Of a stretch of DNA of 64,000 bases, positions 44,238 to 52,931 are shown piece by piece. The position numbers and the translations under genes were made by a program. Source of the DNA: Poseidonia sp. (GTDB lineage: Archaea > Thermoplasmatota > Poseidoniia > Poseidoniales > Poseidoniaceae). How positions within the stretch are numbered: the first letter of the stretch is position 1; every line of letters begins with the position of its first letter. The notes under the pieces were generated by a model. The model was not told the origin of the DNA and did no database searches. It was given only the letters and a program-made list of their open reading frames with translations. The DNA lies in assembly GCA_038118245.1 (NCBI GenBank), contig JAYOHN010000001.1:14122-78121 (forward strand). The letters run 5' to 3'.

Positions 44238-45368
44238 ATGGAATTGAAATGCGAAGAATGTGGAGCGAAGTTGAACCTGAATTATGCAAAGGGCATGGGC
44301 GTCTGTTCAGACGCTTGGTGCGCTATTGAATACCCCGTGATGGTGAACGACGCTGACACCAATGCATCCGCCGTGCACGGCGAGAACGCCCAAAACGCAG
44401 CTGGCGATGACGAAGGAAAAGCCGGTACGAAGATGAATCCGTACGCAGACACCAAGGACTGGTCAGGAAAGCGACTCGATGCGAAAACCCGACAAAAGTT
44501 CCGCACCTTGGGTTGGGCAGACCGCAACAGCCAACGCGAGAAAGACCCCATGTTTCGCCAGCTCGTGGCCATGATTCGAGAGATGTTCGGCAAGGACGTC
44601 GCGAACGCAACACGCTTGCTCGCCATGGCTGCCGCCCGGAAATTGACCCCCGAACAAGAAGCTCGACGCAAAACCTTGAGCACCAGCGACCAAAAGCGCC
44701 TGGCTTGTCCAAAAACGTCCATTTGTCGCAAGAAGAAGGGCGTCAAGGGCGACGGGGACAAGCAGAACCTCCAAATCATGGCCTTGGCCATCGCTGATCT
44801 CTCAGCGCAATGGCTCAGCACCGCCCCCATCAACGTGGTTGCTTTGCGAAACCAATACGGCATCACCAAAGAGCAATTTGTGAACGCCAAGAAAACCATC
44901 AGCAACCACTACAAGGCCCGCGTGAGCATGGGATGGGCCATGGCTCCTCGGAGCATCCGCTTGGTGGCCAAGCGAGCCGACGCTCTTGACAACGCCACCA
45001 CCAACCTGGTGGACGCCGTGAGCTCACGGCTTGATGACGACGATCTTGACAACGCCATGGAAATCTTCTGGAACGCCCTTTCCGATTTGAAGGAGCCAAC
45101 CGTTGACGGGCCCGTGGCCAACGTGCCCATGGACATGGTCGCTGCAAGCGTGTTCTACGCCGCTCTTCGGCAACTCGGTTTGCACCGCGGTCTGCTCAAT
45201 TGCGTAGCTGGAGCCGTTGACCTCTCCGGAGCCGGTGTCAAGAGCCGTTTGGAGAACTTCCAAGCCATGCATGAGGCCGGTGCGCTCCCCGAGGCGGCCG
45301 CTCTGTTCACCGACATCGAGAACGATTCCGAGCATGGACGTGACGAGGACGCTTCGGCCGAAAACTGA
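44238..45368 (+). CDS. TFIIB/TFB-family transcription factor-like protein (divergent paralogue)
   Basis: N-terminal Cys-rich ribbon (CEECGAKL...CSDAWC) and a C-terminal cyclin-like repeat resembling TFB core repeat 2 (PMDMVAASVFYAALRQLGLHRGLLNCVAGAVDLSGAGVKSRL). Unusually long charged linker and acidic tail. Confidence 0.5.
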   Translation: MELKCEECGAKLNLNYAKGMGVCSDAWCAIEYPVMVNDADTNASAVHGENAQNAAGDDEGKAGTKMNPYADTKDWSGKRLDAKTRQKFRTLGWADRNSQREKDPMFRQLVAMIREMFGKDVANATRLLAMAAARKLTPEQEARRKTLSTSDQKRLACPKTSICRKKKGVKGDGDKQNLQIMALAIADLSAQWLSTAPINVVALRNQYGITKEQFVNAKKTISNHYKARVSMGWAMAPRSIRLVAKRADALDNATTNLVDAVSSRLDDDDLDNAMEIFWNALSDLKEPTVDGPVANVPMDMVAASVFYAALRQLGLHRGLLNCVAGAVDLSGAGVKSRLENFQAMHEAGALPEAAALFTDIENDSEHGRDEDASAEN

Positions 45369-45407
45369 GAGCAGAGGGGTCATATCCCCCTGCCGCCACG
45401 GCCCACC

Positions 45408-46379
45408 ATGCGCCAGTTCGTGGTTGCCATCGTCTTGACGCTCGTGCTCGCTTGCTTCCCGGCATCGACATCGGGGTTGCCCGCAGCGCCCGTGGACAAC
45501 GGGATGCTGTTTGGCGGCCAATGGTCGCCCGCAGGAAACGCCACGGCGTCGGTCACGCACAACTTGAGCGACATGCCTGCTGTGGTCGAGGTTTTCACCG
45601 CCACTTGGTGCGAAAATTGCGTTGATGTAGAACACGCACTTGACGATGTTCAGGCCGAGGGTTGGCTTCAGCAGTACCACATCCATCGAGCCATCGGGGA
45701 GACACAGGACCCGTTCGGTACAGAAGCGTTGGACTTGCGATGGCGGGAAAAGTACCAACCCAGCTCGCCACCTTCCGTGGTGTTCAACGGGACCATGAAG
45801 AAAATCGGCTCGGTGGCCGATGACGGAACGCTCGTAAACGAGTTCACGAACCTCGCAAAGGCCGACCTCGGCCTCGGGCAAGGGTCCTCAACCTTTGCTT
45901 GGACGCCCGTTGACGCCGCCTCAGGGACGGTGTCTTGGCTGCTTGATTTGGACGACCAACACTTGGAGAACGCCACGTTGAACGTCTCGGTGTTCGTTGT
46001 GGAAAGTGCGGCTGACTTTGAGGAAGGCAGCAACGGACTGGGGACCTACCCTCACATCGTTCGCAACATCCAGGTCGTCGGTCATGACCGACAAGGCACG
46101 GCGAGCGTCACGCTTCCCGAGGCGTTTGACGGGAACGATTTGGAAGTGCATCTGCTCTATGAAATCGTACCCGAAGCACCCGAACCGGTGATCGAAGATA
46201 CGGCAGAAGATTGCTCAGAAGAGGACGGCTCTGATTGCGATTCCGAAGATGCTCCTGCCTTGTCCGCTGTTTTCACGCTGCTCGCTGCCATGGCAGCCGT
46301 GGCGGTCACTCCAAGAAAATCCAATTCTGACCGTCGGCACCGTCGTTTGACCGATGGCGCTGGCGCGGTTGATCGGTGA
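45408..46379 (+). CDS. Secreted thioredoxin-fold (CxxC) protein with C-terminal hydrophobic anchor
   Basis: Signal peptide (VVAIVLTLVLACFPASTSG). Thioredoxin-like VVEVFTATWCENCVD. C-terminal PALSAVFTLLAAMAAVAVTPRKSNSDRRHRR resembles a PGF-CTERM-type sorting signal. Confidence 0.6.
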   Translation: MRQFVVAIVLTLVLACFPASTSGLPAAPVDNGMLFGGQWSPAGNATASVTHNLSDMPAVVEVFTATWCENCVDVEHALDDVQAEGWLQQYHIHRAIGETQDPFGTEALDLRWREKYQPSSPPSVVFNGTMKKIGSVADDGTLVNEFTNLAKADLGLGQGSSTFAWTPVDAASGTVSWLLDLDDQHLENATLNVSVFVVESAADFEEGSNGLGTYPHIVRNIQVVGHDRQGTASVTLPEAFDGNDLEVHLLYEIVPEAPEPVIEDTAEDCSEEDGSDCDSEDAPALSAVFTLLAAMAAVAVTPRKSNSDRRHRRLTDGAGAVDR

Positions 46380-48696
46380 GGTCAATTTCCAATTCCCAGC
46401 GAAGATGACCGACTTCATGGGGCGCAGCGCCCACATCGCAGTAATTCCACCACCGAGGGGGTGCACCTCGAACACCTTGTCGCTCCTGGGCGTCCCTGAG
46501 CACGTCCGTGAGTTCGAGACGAGCGTGAGGGCGTGGATGGTCACGGCGAACGTAAGCGATTCGGTTGTCGGCTTCTGCGTGGCGAACGTACCCCAATATC
46601 CGGGCCATTCGGCTCACGGAGGTTCGCTCCAAACCGTTTCGGAGGGTCACGGCCAGGTTGGCGTGTTCAAATGTCAACGGGTCGCCGTCCCGCCGTGGCA
46701 TCCGAAGTTCGCTGCCAAGCGGTTGAAGGCTCATGACCTCCCAAACGCGTGCAAACACCTCGCACCATCGACGCTCACCGTCCCGAATATCGCCTTCATC
46801 GTGGACATCGTCAGACCGACGGTGGTTCCAAAACCGATGATGCCGGTTCAACATGCGCTGCAAGCCCCGTCCAAACGGCCCGCCCCTGCCCTCGCCACGG
46901 TAGGGCGCCATCGGCCCACCGGGCCGAACGGTGGTCCGCCATTCGGCCACGACCTCCTCGTATGGGAACGCAAGCGTGGCCTCGAACCGCTCCCCAAATG
47001 CCCGAACCCAGCGCTGTGCCGTACGTTCACGAAGTCGGCGGCGGCGCTCTCGACGGTGATGGTGGAAGATACGCATGGCCGCCATCCCTTCCGAGTTCGC
47101 CTCATCGTCTTCGTCCACCTCATCAGCAAACCTGGGGCGCCACGGCATGAACCATGCATCGCTGGCATACGGGCCCTTGCGCAACGTTCCGAGAGCACCT
47201 TGGTCAAGCTGGTCCAACCAATCACCGGGAATGTTGTTGGCTGGAAATCCGAACGGTGGGTTGTGCATCACCACCTCGGACAAACTCTGAATCTCGCGGG
47301 TGGCCTTCACGTCGTTGGCCATGGACAACAAAACCGAGGCCATCGTGTCACCGAGAGGAAGCCGGGTGTTGTGACGCCCGCTGTGAATGCAAATCGATCG
47401 CCGAGCATGGCGGTCAAGACCGAACAAATGGTCAATCTTGTACGGTGCACCGTGCTGACCGTTTCCGACACAGACCTCGTAGGCGTGTCCCAACTCCCCG
47501 AAGACAAGCGCCGTTGAACGCTCGATGAAAATACGGTCTGGAAGCCCGTTCATGATTTGATGGCAGAACTCCAACGATTTCACCAACGGAGCGCTTGGCT
47601 CGGAGGTGGCCGTGTACGGCACCGTCCAGTTGTGTTGCAAACCCAGCAACAATTTGCCTGCCTCCGAGTTCAAGGGTGAATGGGCCAGGGAAATCGCCAA
47701 CGCCCACGCCTCAGGACGGTCGGGCACGTTCACCAATCGCAGGCTGCCAACCTTGGTCCGAACCCGAAGCATCAACCGCTTTCCAAGCGTGCGAAAGGCC
47801 CAGTTCTTTGTTCGGGGGTGTCGGTTGGTGGGTTCCAACATTCGCCACGAACGCATCCAAGGCGTGTCGTAGCGTTCAAACAACCCCGGCGGATGGTTGG
47901 CAAGGGCGTTTTGGAACGTTGCGTGCAAATCCGTGTTTTGTTGATGAAGCAGGCGCTGCTTGACATCGTGCGCCCATGCCATCATCGGAACGGTCTCTCT
48001 GGACGGTGTTTCGTGGGGGCGGTCCAAGTGAAGTCGGTTGATCAGCCAGACGAGCATGCTCGCCAGCGGCCGATAATGGGCTCGAATCTGTTGCCCGTTG
48101 AGACGCCGAGGGCGTCGAAGTTCGCCCTCTCCGAAGAGGTCGTTGACGTTGGGCGTGCATGAGGAAAGGCCCAGGATGATGGCTGCAAGGTCCCAACCGC
48201 GACGCGCCTTTTCGTCGGCGAGCAACGGGAAGAGAATCTCCAAACTCAACGAAGGCAGCCGAACATCATCCATGAACCAACAGTCCCGCAAATAGCGAAG
48301 CGTTGTCCCGTCATGGAACTGAAAACCGTTCTGAAGCCATCGATTTTCCTCTCCCGTCAAGTGTCGACCGGTGCGAATGCCTTCGGCGAGGTGTTCAAGC
48401 GCCAATGGGGTGCACGGCAAGTTGGCGATCGGATCAACGCCGTCGTCCAGACGCGCCCAGCGGACAAGAGATTGATCGTTCTGCGAGAAAAGCAATCGAT
48501 TCCAGCGTTGGCGAGACGGCAGACTCGGGCCACCAAACTGAGCGATGGCGTGCTCGTGTTCGTGGGGTGAGAGGAAGACATCCCATCCTTTGTTGGGCTG
48601 AAAATCAACGATGGTTCGGCACCATTCGCAAACGGTCACGCTTTCTTCGGAGGCGGGGTTATGGACGCACGGAAGGTCAGAAACACTTGTCGTCAT
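46306..48696 (-). CDS. Large (about 800 aa) Trp/Arg/His-rich orphan protein with Cys ribbon(s); function unknown
   Basis: The ORF is open to 48801, but Met at 48696 avoids an 83-nt same-strand overlap with ltaE. Contains CEWC-type Cys pairs, a HEHEH stretch and an isolated NPPF motif (MHNPPFGF), but no AdoMet-binding motif I. Composition is protein-like, unlike the antisense ORF. Confidence 0.55.
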   Translation of the reverse strand: MTTSVSDLPCVHNPASEESVTVCEWCRTIVDFQPNKGWDVFLSPHEHEHAIAQFGGPSLPSRQRWNRLLFSQNDQSLVRWARLDDGVDPIANLPCTPLALEHLAEGIRTGRHLTGEENRWLQNGFQFHDGTTLRYLRDCWFMDDVRLPSLSLEILFPLLADEKARRGWDLAAIILGLSSCTPNVNDLFGEGELRRPRRLNGQQIRAHYRPLASMLVWLINRLHLDRPHETPSRETVPMMAWAHDVKQRLLHQQNTDLHATFQNALANHPPGLFERYDTPWMRSWRMLEPTNRHPRTKNWAFRTLGKRLMLRVRTKVGSLRLVNVPDRPEAWALAISLAHSPLNSEAGKLLLGLQHNWTVPYTATSEPSAPLVKSLEFCHQIMNGLPDRIFIERSTALVFGELGHAYEVCVGNGQHGAPYKIDHLFGLDRHARRSICIHSGRHNTRLPLGDTMASVLLSMANDVKATREIQSLSEVVMHNPPFGFPANNIPGDWLDQLDQGALGTLRKGPYASDAWFMPWRPRFADEVDEDDEANSEGMAAMRIFHHHRRERRRRLRERTAQRWVRAFGERFEATLAFPYEEVVAEWRTTVRPGGPMAPYRGEGRGGPFGRGLQRMLNRHHRFWNHRRSDDVHDEGDIRDGERRWCEVFARVWEVMSLQPLGSELRMPRRDGDPLTFEHANLAVTLRNGLERTSVSRMARILGYVRHAEADNRIAYVRRDHPRPHARLELTDVLRDAQERQGVRGAPPRWWNYCDVGAAPHEVGHLRWELEIDLTDQPRQRHRSNDGADGQNWIFLE

Positions 48697-48718
48697 GGAT
48701 GATTTACCGCTCAACGCT

Positions 48719-49777
48719 TTATGAACTCTCAACGCCCCACAAGGTTTCGCACACGTTGAACAGTTTGGCCACGTCCTCGTCCGTGATGTGAAGATGGACA
48801 ACGAACCTCACCCGGTGGGCGGCCGTGTCGAGAACATCGATGCCGTTCGACGCCAACAGGCCCACGACTTCCGATGCGGGAGATGCGCAATCTGCGTAGA
48901 CCATGTTGGTTTGAACGGTGGCCAGGTCAACGGTGAACATCGGCAATCGGTTCAACCCTTCTGCGATGACCCGAGCGCGCTCGTGGTCCTCGGCCAACCG
49001 AACGACGTGGTGGTCAAGAGCGTGGTCGCACGCCGCAGCCAGAAGGCCAGCTTGCCGCCAACCGCCTCCAAACAATTTGCGCCAACGATGGGCGCGTTGA
49101 ACAAAGGCTCGGCTACCGACGAGCACGGAGCCGACGGGGGCGCCGAGCCCTTTGGAAAAACAAATCGAGACGGAATCGTAACCTTCACACATGCGTGCAA
49201 CATCCACGCCCGTCGTTTCTGCGGCGTTGAATATGCGGGCTCCATCAAGATGCGTCGCACACTCAAGTTCCTTCGCGACGGCGGCGATTTCATCCAACGT
49301 CTTGAGATCGTAACACGTCCCTCCTCCGAGATTGGAGGTGTTCTCAACGCAAACGAGGCTGCCGTTGGGGTAGTGGCTGCCCGAACCTTCGGCCTTTCTG
49401 ACGGCGCTTCGGACCTGATCGGGAGACATCAACCCCTTTTCCCCATCGACGAGGGCCACCGATGCACCGCACAACGCAGCGTAACCTCCGCCTTCGTAGC
49501 GGTAGATATGGGCGGTTTTATCGCACACAATTTCGTCACCCGGCGATGTGTGGGTGCGAAGGGCGATGGCGTTCGCCATGGTGCCGGAGGCCACAAACAG
49601 CCCCGCTTCTTTCCCAAACATCGACGCGACTCGGTCTTGAAGGGCGATGACCGTTGCGTCGTCCCCCAAAACATCGTCCCCAACCGGGGCCCACGCCATC
49701 TTCTCACGCATGGCAGAGGTTGGTTGCGTGACCGTGTCAGAACGGAAATCGATCCGGGTGGATGGGTGCTCGCGCAT
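48719..49777 (-). CDS. ltaE: Low-specificity L-threonine aldolase
   Basis: PLP fold-type I with the threonine-aldolase signature region ([17 protein letters not shown], Lys in SKGLG) and end-to-end similarity. Confidence 0.85.
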   Translation of the reverse strand: MREHPSTRIDFRSDTVTQPTSAMREKMAWAPVGDDVLGDDATVIALQDRVASMFGKEAGLFVASGTMANAIALRTHTSPGDEIVCDKTAHIYRYEGGGYAALCGASVALVDGEKGLMSPDQVRSAVRKAEGSGSHYPNGSLVCVENTSNLGGGTCYDLKTLDEIAAVAKELECATHLDGARIFNAAETTGVDVARMCEGYDSVSICFSKGLGAPVGSVLVGSRAFVQRAHRWRKLFGGGWRQAGLLAAACDHALDHHVVRLAEDHERARVIAEGLNRLPMFTVDLATVQTNMVYADCASPASEVVGLLASNGIDVLDTAAHRVRFVVHLHITDEDVAKLFNVCETLWGVESS

Positions 49778-49813
49778 GCGGAAGCCTCGTGACTCCCCTT
49801 CATGAAGGCCGTG

Positions 49814-50230
49814 TCAGAGCAGTTTCAAATCTCCGGTGATGGTGTCCAACACCGACGCCTCGTAAGGCCCAAGCGCCATGACCGTCTTTGAACCCCGAGG
49901 GATTTGGGTATGGCCCGCATCCTGAACGAGGTGGACGGGGACGCCTATGGAAGAAGCGGCTTCGCCCAATGCATCGAAATGCGTTTCGTCGGGAACCTTC
50001 ACGCAGATCTTCTTCTGGCCGCCCGCCAGCCATGCCTCCACGTGGGCGGGATGGCTCGCTCCTGCTCGGAGAAAGGCTTCGACTGAAGCATGGCCCACCT
50101 GAGCGGCCACCTTCCCCTTTCCCATTTTGAGCGATTGATTCACGACGCAAACGAGTTTGACCGAGCCATCAACCGGACCGAAGGATGGTTTAGGGGCCGT
50201 GATGCGATGCAGAAACGAACGGAGACCCAT
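49814..50230 (-). CDS. pth2: Peptidyl-tRNA hydrolase, PTH2 (archaeal/eukaryotic type)
   Basis: KLVCVVNQSLKMGKGKVAAQVGHASVEAF, the GQKKICVKV segment and TVMALGP match the PTH2 family. Confidence 0.85.
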   Translation of the reverse strand: MGLRSFLHRITAPKPSFGPVDGSVKLVCVVNQSLKMGKGKVAAQVGHASVEAFLRAGASHPAHVEAWLAGGQKKICVKVPDETHFDALGEAASSIGVPVHLVQDAGHTQIPRGSKTVMALGPYEASVLDTITGDLKLL

Positions 50231-50236
50231 GCAGCA

Positions 50237-50566
50237 TCACAACGCGTCCAAATGGGACAAAAGAGCGTCCAAAGTTCGTCGGGGACCAAGCAAGCCCAGC
50301 ACCGTCACCGTGCCGGCGGGGACTTCCGTGTGTCCAGCGTCCCGAACCACCGAGGCATAGCAGCTTTGCGGAACGTGTGCAGCCAGTGCATGAAGGGCCG
50401 CTTCGTCCTCAACCCCCAAGACGATTTTTCGTGCACCGCCGGCTCGCCAACGCTCCAATAGACGAGAACGCTTGGCTCTCGCAACCACTTCAACGGCGGC
50501 GTGAGCGCATTGTGAAGCGGTCTTTCCGATGCTCAATTCAAGGTCCAGCCGAACGATCAACGCCAT
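50237..50566 (-). CDS. Divergent PTH2 paralogue (peptidyl-tRNA hydrolase 2-like)
   Basis: ALIVRLDLELSIGKTASQCAHAAVEV...GARKIVLGVEDE...TVTVLGLLGP keeps the PTH2 architecture with a substituted K-M-G-K-G-K loop. The ORF is open to 50617; Met at 50566 avoids overlap with the upstream gene. Confidence 0.65.
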   Translation of the reverse strand: MALIVRLDLELSIGKTASQCAHAAVEVVARAKRSRLLERWRAGGARKIVLGVEDEAALHALAAHVPQSCYASVVRDAGHTEVPAGTVTVLGLLGPRRTLDALLSHLDAL

Positions 50567-50576
50567 GCTGGGCGCA

Positions 50577-51293
50577 TCACCCATGGACGACATGAACATC
50601 ACCCACGTGTTGAACATCGTCTTCTGCGACCGTCAAATCACCGAGGAAGTTGTGCAGCGAAGGGCCGAACCATGCCGCGAAGGCGAGGTTTCCAATCGCA
50701 TGAACGGCGTCGTAGGGAAGCCCTTGAACGAAAAGGAGGCCAACCCCCATGGCAGAAGTCCCGCCATCGACCAGCGAAAGCGTGGTGATGAGGCCGAAGA
50801 GAAACGCGGAAGCCGCTGACACGGTGCACAGGCGTTTCATGTCAAGGGCGTTGCTTTCCGCTGCGAGGTAACGTGCGCCGAGAAGTGCAGCAGCACCCCA
50901 GCCGATGGCTTGGAACAACGTCCACCAGCCATCGCCAATGAGCATGTTTGACAACAGCGCCACGAGGACGGCGAAGGCAGCCCCGCGGCGAGCACCGAGG
51001 TGTGCGCCAACGAGAACGGCAGCCACCGTCACCGGTTGCACGTTGGGGAACGGTTGCATAACCACGCGAAGGGCAGCCATGGCGACGACCAACGTGGCGA
51101 GGCCGGCAGAGGCAAATCGGTGATGGCGCTGTCCAGAGAAGAGGAAAAAGAAGGCACTGGCCACCAGAATGGTGTTGAGAAGCGCATGCGCAAAGGGCGT
51201 GAGTTCCGGCCCGTGAACACCCACCGCTTGGAACATGAACCACGCGAAAGGTCGGGCCTCCTTGAGCCTTGCCTCCCTTAAGCGAGCCGCCAA
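50577..51293 (-). CDS. Small polytopic membrane protein (possible transporter substrate-binding S-component-like; hypothetical)
   Basis: 238 aa with 5-6 TM helices. Overlaps the upstream propeller gene by 16 nt, so probably co-transcribed. Confidence 0.5.
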   Translation of the reverse strand: MAARLREARLKEARPFAWFMFQAVGVHGPELTPFAHALLNTILVASAFFFLFSGQRHHRFASAGLATLVVAMAALRVVMQPFPNVQPVTVAAVLVGAHLGARRGAAFAVLVALLSNMLIGDGWWTLFQAIGWGAAALLGARYLAAESNALDMKRLCTVSAASAFLFGLITTLSLVDGGTSAMGVGLLFVQGLPYDAVHAIGNLAFAAWFGPSLHNFLGDLTVAEDDVQHVGDVHVVHG

Positions 51294-52924
51294 ACCAAAA
51301 CAGCATCGCTTTGCATCGGCGCCTCATCGACCGCTAACGTGCCCCGATTGCCGTCCAACGTGTACTCCCAGCCTGAGGCTAACGTTCCGTTGATGGACGT
51401 CAGGTAGGTACCGATGGCGGTGTTATCCAACGTCACCGGGACCCCCATTTCTTCCGCAGCCCTTTGCGTGGCGCTGAGAACGGTTGCATGACCGACCAAG
51501 CCACCGACCACGAGGGTCTCGTCCGGCAGTTCAAAGACGACGACTTGCGTTCCCAACCATGCATCGGGCCACGCAGGGTCCCGCTCAGCGGTTTTTTCCG
51601 GTTCGGTTGAAGATGACCATTGCACGGTCCACGATGCCCCAAGGGCAGGAAGAAGGGCCACGGCGAGGATAAGGTACACCAACGACAAGGTCCGCCAAGC
51701 CCACCCAAGTTCACCTTTCGAAGCCATGAGGGCAACGCCGGCGAAGGCGAGGACAAGGGCGAGGGCGAAGACAAGGTGCTCCTCTTCCCCCTCTACGGGG
51801 GTCTGCGAAGGTTCAGCGGCGTCAAGGGCGACCAGCACCCCAGCATCGTTTCCAAGGTACAGGCGACCGTTGAAGGCAGCCGGAGCAGCGGTCCCGTACC
51901 CGTCGATGGAACTGTTCACGGGCACGCCACGAGCCAGCGCCCCGGTCTCGTTCATCAGCACCGTCAACCATCCCTGATTCGGAGCATTCACCGGGGCGTG
52001 GAACACCGTAGGAGATGCCCACGCCATTTCGCCGTTCACCCGACCGGGGAGCGATGAAACCGCTGTGCACTGAACATCGCACCGCACCGATGTGAGGCCG
52101 TTGCTGTCAGCAAACACCGCGCCTCCTGAATGGACGAGAGGGAGCGCAGGGGACGGACCCAAGAACGCCACGTTGCGTAGCGATTTGGCGGTGATGTTGT
52201 ATTCCATGAGCACCGATGCTTCAGGGGTTTGAGCGTGAAGCAGCATCAGATCGCCAAGCAGCACGGGTGCGTGACGCAACGAGCCGGGAAACGTGGCGAC
52301 CTGGTTGGCCGTTCCGTTTGGGCTCACCGACCACAGGCGACCCGACTCGTCGCCCACCCAAAACGCGCCGTCGCCAACCGAAACACCGTTTCTCCAGCCC
52401 AATCCAGTCTCGACATGGAAATCAACGGCCCCGTCCGCAAAACAATACCGGCCCATGCCCGACCGTGTGGGGACCACCACATGGTCGCCGTCTGAAGCAG
52501 CAGCGCCCGTGATGCCCCAAACATCAACCTCGGTGGCCACCGACCAAAGAACACGGCCCGACGAGCGCTCACGAGCCTCAAACGTGCCGTCAGTCCATCC
52601 GACGAGCACAAGATCAGGCCACGTTCCGCAACCGCCTTCGCCCGCATCAACCAGCATGAGCGGCGCCATGTCGTGTTGGGTGGCGTTGGGATTGGCGTCC
52701 TTCCAGAGCACCTCACCGCCATGGCCCACGGCGAAGACTTCAGGGCGGTCATCGCCCGTCCAAAACCCCGATGTGCGGAGATACACGCGGTCCTCGTCGA
52801 CGGCGGGAGAGGTGGTGATGTACCCTGGACCAACATCGAGCGTCCACGCCGGTGCGGCTGCCTGAACGGTGGAGGCGGCGAGCAGGAGAAGAAGGGCCGT
52901 CAGGACCAACGAAGCGGTCCGCAT
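51278..52924 (-). CDS. Secreted PQQ-like beta-propeller protein with 2 TM helices and C-terminal DUF4430-like domain
   Basis: Signal peptide (MRTASLVLTALLLLLAASTVQA). Propeller blades (RVLWSV..., GRLWSV...). C-terminal domain TYLTSINGTLASGWEYTLDGNRGTLAVDEAPMQSDAVLVWRL matches the DUF4430 pattern (..sInG....gW.y.vNg.......l..gD.i.w.y). Confidence 0.6.
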   Translation of the reverse strand: MRTASLVLTALLLLLAASTVQAAAPAWTLDVGPGYITTSPAVDEDRVYLRTSGFWTGDDRPEVFAVGHGGEVLWKDANPNATQHDMAPLMLVDAGEGGCGTWPDLVLVGWTDGTFEARERSSGRVLWSVATEVDVWGITGAAASDGDHVVVPTRSGMGRYCFADGAVDFHVETGLGWRNGVSVGDGAFWVGDESGRLWSVSPNGTANQVATFPGSLRHAPVLLGDLMLLHAQTPEASVLMEYNITAKSLRNVAFLGPSPALPLVHSGGAVFADSNGLTSVRCDVQCTAVSSLPGRVNGEMAWASPTVFHAPVNAPNQGWLTVLMNETGALARGVPVNSSIDGYGTAAPAAFNGRLYLGNDAGVLVALDAAEPSQTPVEGEEEHLVFALALVLAFAGVALMASKGELGWAWRTLSLVYLILAVALLPALGASWTVQWSSSTEPEKTAERDPAWPDAWLGTQVVVFELPDETLVVGGLVGHATVLSATQRAAEEMGVPVTLDNTAIGTYLTSINGTLASGWEYTLDGNRGTLAVDEAPMQSDAVLVWRLA

Positions 52925-52931
52925 CACCTGC

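Noticed and set aside
47030-47060. NPPF motif in the orphan protein, read as an N6-adenine DNA methyltransferase motif IV (would imply R-M/BREX-like defence)
   Set aside because: No FxGxG AdoMet-binding motif I is found either upstream or downstream in an appropriate position. A tetrapeptide alone is insufficient, so it is kept only as a note in the findings.
46354-47517. 387-aa plus-strand ORF antisense to the large orphan gene
   Set aside because: Pro/Val/Gly-rich, no secondary-structure periodicity or motifs. The minus-strand product has normal composition and Cys/His motifs.
48697-48801. First 35 codons of the orphan protein ([22 protein letters not shown]...) overlapping ltaE by 83 nt
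   Set aside because: A same-strand 83-nt overlap is unusual and an internal Met at 48696 gives a 23-nt spacer. However, the overlapped segment contains a CxxC...C pair, so the longer form cannot be excluded.
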